From positions 1-37,045 of IMG/VR virus record IMGVR_UViG_3300031269_000043: a DNA stretch of 37,045 nt. One strand, written 5' to 3'. The number at the start of each line of letters is the position of its first letter. Positions within the stretch are counted from its first letter, which is position 1. This stretch comes from a virus (Duplodnaviria; Caudoviricetes). This document shows positions 32,059-37,045 of the stretch, one piece after another. A program made the position numbers and the translations under genes. The notes beneath the pieces are model-generated. The model had not been told where the DNA came from. It did not search any database and was given only the letters and a program-made list of their open reading frames with translations.

Positions 32059-32569
32059 CGTTAGTGAACTTATCTTTGCCCCATACCGCCAACAAAGCGG
32101 CCTCGGCCAGCCCGGTGTTCTTCACACGGCAGAACAGCTTCTCGTGATCGGGGAAGATGCTGCACGCCATGTCGCGGGATAGCCCTTTGTCTGAGGTAAG
32201 ACCCAGCGCCTTCTTCCAGACGCTTGGGTTCGCAATCATAACGCGGGATGGTGTGAACGCAAGTTCACAGAGCGCCCGTATCGCTCCAAAGTTCTGGTGC
32301 GTGCGGTCCACGGAACCCATCATCTTAGGGCCTTTGGGTGTCTGTTGCTGCATCACCAGCGCCCGCTCTAGGACGACATACTCCGCGCCCAGCCGCCGGG
32401 TGCCCAGAAGGGCGGTCCACAGGCGCTCCACGTGCACGCGGGCCGGGGCGTTTAGCGGCGGCTTCTTCTCGGTGCAAGGCATCCTAACGATGTCCTCTAT
32501 GGTCTGTGCCGGGAAGTCCACCAGCACTAGGCCCCCGGATAGGTCCGGGTCTACGCCAAGCACCCTCAT
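32054..32569 (-). CDS. RuvC-like Holliday junction resolvase
   Basis: VLGVDPDLSGG, VVLE, PSVWKKALGL, AEAALLA. Confidence 0.8.
   Translation of the reverse strand: MRVLGVDPDLSGGLVLVDFPAQTIEDIVRMPCTEKKPPLNAPARVHVERLWTALLGTRRLGAEYVVLERALVMQQQTPKGPKMMGSVDRTHQNFGAIRALCELAFTPSRVMIANPSVWKKALGLTSDKGLSRDMACSIFPDHEKLFCRVKNTGLAEAALLAVWGKDKFTNG
32253..32268. repeat. 16-bp palindrome copy 9, GTGAACGCAAGTTCAC
   Basis: Identical to copy 3, inside the RuvC-like gene. Confidence 0.88.
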
Positions 32570-32641
32570 GGCCCTGCTCCTTTGTTGTCTGCCTCATACA
32601 CTAGGTTCACTGTCACCCCCTCCGAGGTGGCATAGTAGTTT

Positions 32642-33664
32642 TCAATCCCCAGAATGCGCATTGAACTTGCCCCCCCAGCATTGCTTTCTCACCGGGCACG
32701 CCTTGGCGCGGGTGCATCCCACCGACTTGCAGTGCTTGCTTCGGTCAGGCAGGGCGTGCAGGTGGATACCTTGATCCTTGTCGTATAGGTTGCGCCACTT
32801 GCGATAGGCGCGGGCTAGGTCAATCTGGTTCTGCACCACGCTGTCGTCCTTGGGGCACCAGTATTCCTTGATCGCGGTCTTGGCGCTATCGGCCACCGGC
32901 CAATCCTTGATCTTGGGTTCGTAGTCCCACCCCTCTTTGGTGAAGTATACGATCCTCATTTCGTTGGGGTTGAGGCCCTTGCCTTGCATGTAGGGGTCTT
33001 GCCCCATGAGCCACAGATAGCCCTTGCTCCGCCACTCGTGATCGAAGGTGGGCTTGGTGCGCTTCTTGAAGGTATCGTTGCCCTCGGTCTTGATTTCCAC
33101 CCCGGTGCGCACGCCGTTGGACAGCACGTCGAAAAAGCAATCCACCGATCCGACGATGCCGGTCTCAGGATCACGCAAGAGGACTTCCTTGTAGCGGAAC
33201 GCTTCGGGCCTCCCGGAACACTTCTGGCACGCGGCGGGCTTGTAGGTGAACTTCATTTCGTGCTTGCAGGACATGCACTTCCAGTGCCCCCAGACCTGTG
33301 CAGCGGGCATCAGGTCCATGAGCAAGTCCGCGCCTGCATAGCCCATCTTGAACACCATGGTCTGTGCCGTGGACATGAAGCTGTCGGGGCGCTTGAGGTT
33401 CAGGTAGGTGAGCAGCGCCGGTTCGCGCGGGCACCACTGACGGGCCGGGTCAAGGTCGCTTATGTGGATCACGTTGTGATGCCGAGCCTTGCGCTTGGTG
33501 GCCGTGTTCTTGTGGACGTGAAAGGTGATGTAGTTCTGGGGAAAGTCCTTGATCTTGAACAGAGGCTCGTGGTCCTCAGCCAAGGCGTCAGGGATGGAAG
33601 GGGCCGGGTCCAAAGAGTATTTAGGCCCGGCCTTCATGTGGGGCTTGGTGGTGAACTTAATCAT
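32642..33664 (-). CDS. PD-(D/E)XK exonuclease, Cas4-like, with Cys clusters
   Basis: HISDL..WCPR, IVGSVD...EIKT, terminal C..C...CP...C, internal CMSC/CQKC. Confidence 0.75.
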   Translation of the reverse strand: MIKFTTKPHMKAGPKYSLDPAPSIPDALAEDHEPLFKIKDFPQNYITFHVHKNTATKRKARHHNVIHISDLDPARQWCPREPALLTYLNLKRPDSFMSTAQTMVFKMGYAGADLLMDLMPAAQVWGHWKCMSCKHEMKFTYKPAACQKCSGRPEAFRYKEVLLRDPETGIVGSVDCFFDVLSNGVRTGVEIKTEGNDTFKKRTKPTFDHEWRSKGYLWLMGQDPYMQGKGLNPNEMRIVYFTKEGWDYEPKIKDWPVADSAKTAIKEYWCPKDDSVVQNQIDLARAYRKWRNLYDKDQGIHLHALPDRSKHCKSVGCTRAKACPVRKQCWGGKFNAHSGD

Positions 33665-33983
33665 CGTCAGGGACCAGTGCTTCAAAGGTGGCGCGAGGCA
33701 TGACAGCGAACTCGTCGCCATTGCCAGTCACCACGATTAAAACGCCCCGCGCCCCGTTTGTCAACGTGTCATTCCTCAGCTTGGCCATGATTTCCGGGGT
33801 GACGTTGAAGGTGCTGTGCTTGGTGCGCTTGACCTCCACCATCATGTCAGCGCGCCGAAGGTCACCCTTCATCCCAGCCGAACCGCTCCCCGGCGTGCGG
33901 CGGTATCCGTCCTTGGCGATGCGCTTCTCGGCGGCGTCACCATACTTTCGGGGGTTGTCCGCGTTGACCGTGCGGTTCCTCAC
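33657..33983 (-). CDS. small PD-(D/E)XK nuclease (Hjc-like resolvase)
   Basis: AEKRIA..RRTPGSG..KGD..VEVK. Confidence 0.7.
   Translation of the reverse strand: MRNRTVNADNPRKYGDAAEKRIAKDGYRRTPGSGSAGMKGDLRRADMMVEVKRTKHSTFNVTPEIMAKLRNDTLTNGARGVLIVVTGNGDEFAVMPRATFEALVPDDD
33736..33765 (-). promoter_or_regulatory. GTTGACAAAC-type promoter TTGACA-17-TTTAAT, inside the upstream gene
   Basis: Seen directly, ~70 bp ahead of the exonuclease start. Confidence 0.6.
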
Positions 33984-35923
33984 CCTGTCATTTCCTTCTT
34001 GCCAGCGACGAACGCCTCTACCTCATCCGCATAGAGCAGGAGTAGCTTGGACACAGCGAACTCCACCGTGCCATCATAGTCCTCCATCGCAGCGGCCACG
34101 CCCGCGTCTTGGGTCTTGAACACTTCGCCGGTGATTTCCAGAACCCACCCCTTCCCCTTCTGGGGTTGGTGCAGCCATCCCTGATCGGTGAGCATCGTTT
34201 TCATGTGGTGCCGGTTATTGATTTCCAGCGGCTTGATCTTCACGGGGTTCTTGGCCGTGCCGCCGGTGTAGGGATACAGTGCCATCTGCCACGCGCTGGT
34301 CTGACGGATGCAGGGGAACTTCTTCTTCACGATCCGGGCGGTGGTGTCGTTGTAAATTGGCAGGGGCGCGATCTTCTCTTTCAGCACCGGGTAGGCGGTC
34401 AATCGTAGCTTGAGAAACGCTTGGAAGTTCTGCATCACCGGGCCGGGCAGGAACTCCGGGTTGCCCATGGAGAAGCCTATCTTGGTCCGGGGCTGATTGA
34501 TGTAGATGGTGGTGAACACCTGCCCCGCCTTGGCGTGTTCGGTTATGCCCGCGCCGATGTTGCGGAGCATTTGGGTGGATGGTTTGGCCGCGCCCGCTAC
34601 GACCACTTGCTCGGCGGACTTCTCGAATTGCTGGATACTGCCCAGCGCCGCTATACTGTCCACCACGATCAGGCCCGCGTCCTCGGACATGGACAGTTCT
34701 TTGGCGATGTCGGCGGCTTCCTCGGCGGTGGTGGGTTTGTATAGGTAGACCTGCTCCGGGTCTACACCGTGCAGCTTGACCCAATCCTCATCCCATGAGT
34801 TTTCCACGTCAATCCAGCACACTTTCCGGTCGGGAAACTTGCGTTGGAACTGAGCGACACAGCGTAAAGCCAGCGAGGTTTTGCCGCAGTTATGGGTCAC
34901 AAACCCCTGTGCGATAAAATTGTTATAAGGTGCATAACATTTCACGTCATAAGTGTCTTCTTCCCCACAAGGCTGAATAGACGCAATTTCCCCCATGTGT
35001 GTGACGAAAGAAAGGTTCTTCTTGGAGTTCATAGCGTGCCAGCGGCCATGCGCTGATGCGTCAATGATGTCCAAGTTCTCCAATCTGTTATCTGTTCGAT
35101 CCTCATTCTTGTGGTGGACATGATGCCCTTGCGGGATAAAAACAAAACCCGAAGGTAGATGGGTAGCCCCGGAATTCAAATAAGCTACCCATTCATCAAG
35201 CGTCAGCCCATTTAGGTGCGCCTCCATTACAAGGCGATGCTCAGGGACGATATGCCAGATGTAAGAGTGCCCTTTGGATTTTATGGTTTTAGGCCCGTAG
35301 CCATGGTGCCACTTTACGGAACGGGTTTTGTACCGGGGGCTACCATGCACCCCTGTCGCCCGCTTGTCGGTGTGTACCTCAATCGTGTCCCCCACACTAA
35401 GCGTGTCCAACGGTTTGAAACTGGTGCCTGTGCTAAATTCGTGATCGGCGGTTGCTTTCAAAGAAAGCCCACAAGTTGTGGTGATCTGAAACACTTTTTT
35501 CTGACCTGTGTGAACAACGTCAAAAACCTCATTGTGAAACACGATACCTTCTTCATCCACAGCGGGTACAGTGAACGTAAGTTCACCGTTGCCCGGTCGT
35601 AGGTAAGCCCCTTTTCCTTTTCTGGGGATGCCATGAAACCTTTCATACAAATCTTTGAGGGTTCCACCTTTGGCGTTTCCTATTTTGCCATCAGGGGTCA
35701 CCGTGTGGTAGCGGAGTTTGGTGTCACCCGCCAAACAGCTTTCTTGGCCATAGAATAGGGAGACACAGCCCAGCGGTATACCGCCACCTAGGGCAACGTC
35801 CAGAGTGAATATGCCAGTGCGCAGCCGGGGGAAGTTGGGGAACTTGAACCCCTTCCCCCCGGCGTTGGCACCATAGGCTTCGGCTATGGTGTCGCTGGCC
35901 TGTTTCAGCGATTTTAATGCCAT
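33980..35923 (-). CDS. recA: RecA-like recombinase containing an intein (364 aa after splicing)
   Basis: TGIFTLDVALGGGIPLG, reconstituted Walker A GQES-CGKT, WIDVE, IVVDSIAAL, INQ.R.KIG. Confidence 0.93.
   Translation of the reverse strand: MALKSLKQASDTIAEAYGANAGGKGFKFPNFPRLRTGIFTLDVALGGGIPLGCVSLFYGQESCLAGDTKLRYHTVTPDGKIGNAKGGTLKDLYERFHGIPRKGKGAYLRPGNGELTFTVPAVDEEGIVFHNEVFDVVHTGQKKVFQITTTCGLSLKATADHEFSTGTSFKPLDTLSVGDTIEVHTDKRATGVHGSPRYKTRSVKWHHGYGPKTIKSKGHSYIWHIVPEHRLVMEAHLNGLTLDEWVAYLNSGATHLPSGFVFIPQGHHVHHKNEDRTDNRLENLDIIDASAHGRWHAMNSKKNLSFVTHMGEIASIQPCGEEDTYDVKCYAPYNNFIAQGFVTHNCGKTSLALRCVAQFQRKFPDRKVCWIDVENSWDEDWVKLHGVDPEQVYLYKPTTAEEAADIAKELSMSEDAGLIVVDSIAALGSIQQFEKSAEQVVVAGAAKPSTQMLRNIGAGITEHAKAGQVFTTIYINQPRTKIGFSMGNPEFLPGPVMQNFQAFLKLRLTAYPVLKEKIAPLPIYNDTTARIVKKKFPCIRQTSAWQMALYPYTGGTAKNPVKIKPLEINNRHHMKTMLTDQGWLHQPQKGKGWVLEITGEVFKTQDAGVAAAMEDYDGTVEFAVSKLLLLYADEVEAFVAGKKEMTG
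34889..35737 (-). mobile_element. intein (283 aa) with HNH endonuclease in the RecA P-loop
   Basis: CLAGDTKL...ATADHEF...TYDV...GFVTHN/C; EHRLVME...VHHKNEDRTDNRLENL; lower GC. Confidence 0.92.
35571..35586. repeat. 16-bp palindrome copy 10, GTGAACGTAAGTTCAC
   Basis: Seen directly, inside the RecA intein. Confidence 0.85.
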
Positions 35924-35926
35924 TGA

Positions 35927-36277
35927 TCAGTCGGCTTGCTGTTCTGCGATGATAGCATTCAGCTTGGCTTCAACCCATACCTTGGTCTCGTCAAAAATCG
36001 TGTCGGCATCCGTCTCAAGGGGGTTGAACGGCACCGACCGGCGGACCGTGAATTCCAGCATGGTGTATTGCGCAACGGGCATCTTGAAGCTGGTGCCTAC
36101 TTCGATGGTCTCGTAAGGCGTGGCCATATGCACCGGGGTGGACTGGTAGTCCATTTCCTTGGCCTTTTCTTCTTCCCCGTTCGGCCCGGCCTCAAGGGTG
36201 GTCTTGCTGACTTCTTCCTCCAAACTGGCGGCGGCTTGGCCGTGCGGTGATTTGGCGGTTCCGATGTTAATAGCCAT
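35927..36277 (-). CDS. hypothetical acidic protein
   Basis: GGGAG RBS, packed between neighbours. Confidence 0.7.
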   Translation of the reverse strand: MAINIGTAKSPHGQAAASLEEEVSKTTLEAGPNGEEEKAKEMDYQSTPVHMATPYETIEVGTSFKMPVAQYTMLEFTVRRSVPFNPLETDADTIFDETKVWVEAKLNAIIAEQQAD

Positions 36278-36280
36278 TGT

Positions 36281-36745
36281 TCATGTCTCCCATTTGGTGG
36301 CGATCTTGGTGGTCTTGGCGTTCAGCTTCTTGGAAGCCTCGGCACTCTCCGGGGTTGTGGGGCCTCGGAGCCTGTCTTGGTGAAGGCGTAGGAAAGCCTC
36401 CAAGTCTTTGATCAGGTCGGCCTGCACCTTGGTGTAGAGGCGCACGGGGCGCGTCACAAGCGCGGTCGGCAGGTAGCCCGCCCTCTGCATGTATTTTATA
36501 CGGGAGGCCGTGACGCCAGCGTGCTTGCAAACCTGTGCCGTGGTCAGGGCCTTCACGGTATTGCCGTTGACTTCCAGCGTTGGCTTGGGCTTGGCCGCTT
36601 TGGCTTCTGCTCGCTTGCGGTCCCGGTATTCCTTCGCCCGCGCCCGCGCCGCTTCGCGATAGGTTGGGTCATTCTGGTATTTCTCGTTCCTGCGCTCGTT
36701 GACGAGGGCGCGATTCTTGTCCCACCACTCTTTAGTGTAGCCCAT
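36281..36745 (-). CDS. MerR-like HTH protein with basic N-terminus
   Basis: LTTAQVCKHAGVTASRIKYMQRAGYLP...RLYT. Confidence 0.7.
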   Translation of the reverse strand: MGYTKEWWDKNRALVNERRNEKYQNDPTYREAARARAKEYRDRKRAEAKAAKPKPTLEVNGNTVKALTTAQVCKHAGVTASRIKYMQRAGYLPTALVTRPVRLYTKVQADLIKDLEAFLRLHQDRLRGPTTPESAEASKKLNAKTTKIATKWET

Positions 36746-36773
36746 GCCATGCCTCTTTGAATGGAATTGGCTC

Positions 36774-36803
36774 ATGCTATTCGCCGCCGAAGGGTTTGTC
36801 AAC
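36774..36803 (-). promoter_or_regulatory. GTTGACAAAC-type promoter TTGACA-17-TAGCAT
   Basis: The -35 contains the helicase stop codon. Confidence 0.8.
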
Positions 36804-37044
36804 GGAACTCCCCCTTCCATGTTGCCCCTATCTTTCGCAGGTATTCCCAGCGTGCTTTTGCCATCGCCATAAGGGAGCCAGACCCCTTGTCCCAGACATC
36901 CAGAACTATGGGCTTGGGCTTGCCTTCCAGCTTGCGGGTGATGCGCCCGACCGCCTGTCGCGGGTCATAGATGGGGTGGGCGATGATAGCGCAATCCAGT
37001 GGTGGGATATTGGTGCCTTCGGCGGTGAACTTGTAGGTGGCGAT
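36799..37044 (-). CDS. superfamily 2 helicase, C-terminal part (start outside the window)
   Basis: Manual translation IATYKFTAEGTNIPPLD...RQAVGRITR shows motifs V and VI. Confidence 0.8.
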   Translation of the reverse strand: MATYKFTAEGTNIPPLDCAIIAHPIYDPRQAVGRITRKLEGKPKPIVLDVWDKGSGSLMAMAKARWEYLRKIGATWKGEFR

Positions 37045-37045
37045 C

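Noticed and set aside
212-35586. CRISPR array or insertion-sequence ends from the repeated palindrome
   Set aside because: Copies are kilobases apart with no regular spacers and no transposase; the Cas4-like gene has no cas neighbours.

Overview
This window is part of a high-GC, tailed dsDNA bacteriophage genome, and essentially all real genes are on the minus strand. Reading 37045->1 it encodes: an SF2 helicase C-terminus, a MerR-like HTH protein, RecA with an HNH intein, two PD-(D/E)XK nucleases and a RuvC-like resolvase; three ParB-N proteins, an IbrA-like PAPS-reductase-family protein and a cupin; small and large terminase and a glycosyltransferase; a C-terminally truncated PPDK-like enzyme clustered with a CsrA-like protein and two CX5R phosphatases; family A DNA polymerase with two inteins only 12 residues apart; an intein-containing portal and a MuF-ADP-ribosyltransferase fusion; and many small accessory ORFs. 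Three non-coding signals stand out. (1) A ~250-nt RNA at ~4024-4270 holds a circularly permuted tRNA-like domain (Y RNA/YrlA-like). It lies directly behind a 247-aa gene and is followed by an atypical tRNA. (2) Ten dispersed copies of a 16-bp palindrome, GTGAAC-N4-GTTCAC, occur mostly inside genes. (3) Eleven GTTGACAAAC-type sigma70-like promoters occur, several followed by a CCTTGGAGAC leader. All calls come from reading motifs by eye; no database search was run and start codons are best estimates.
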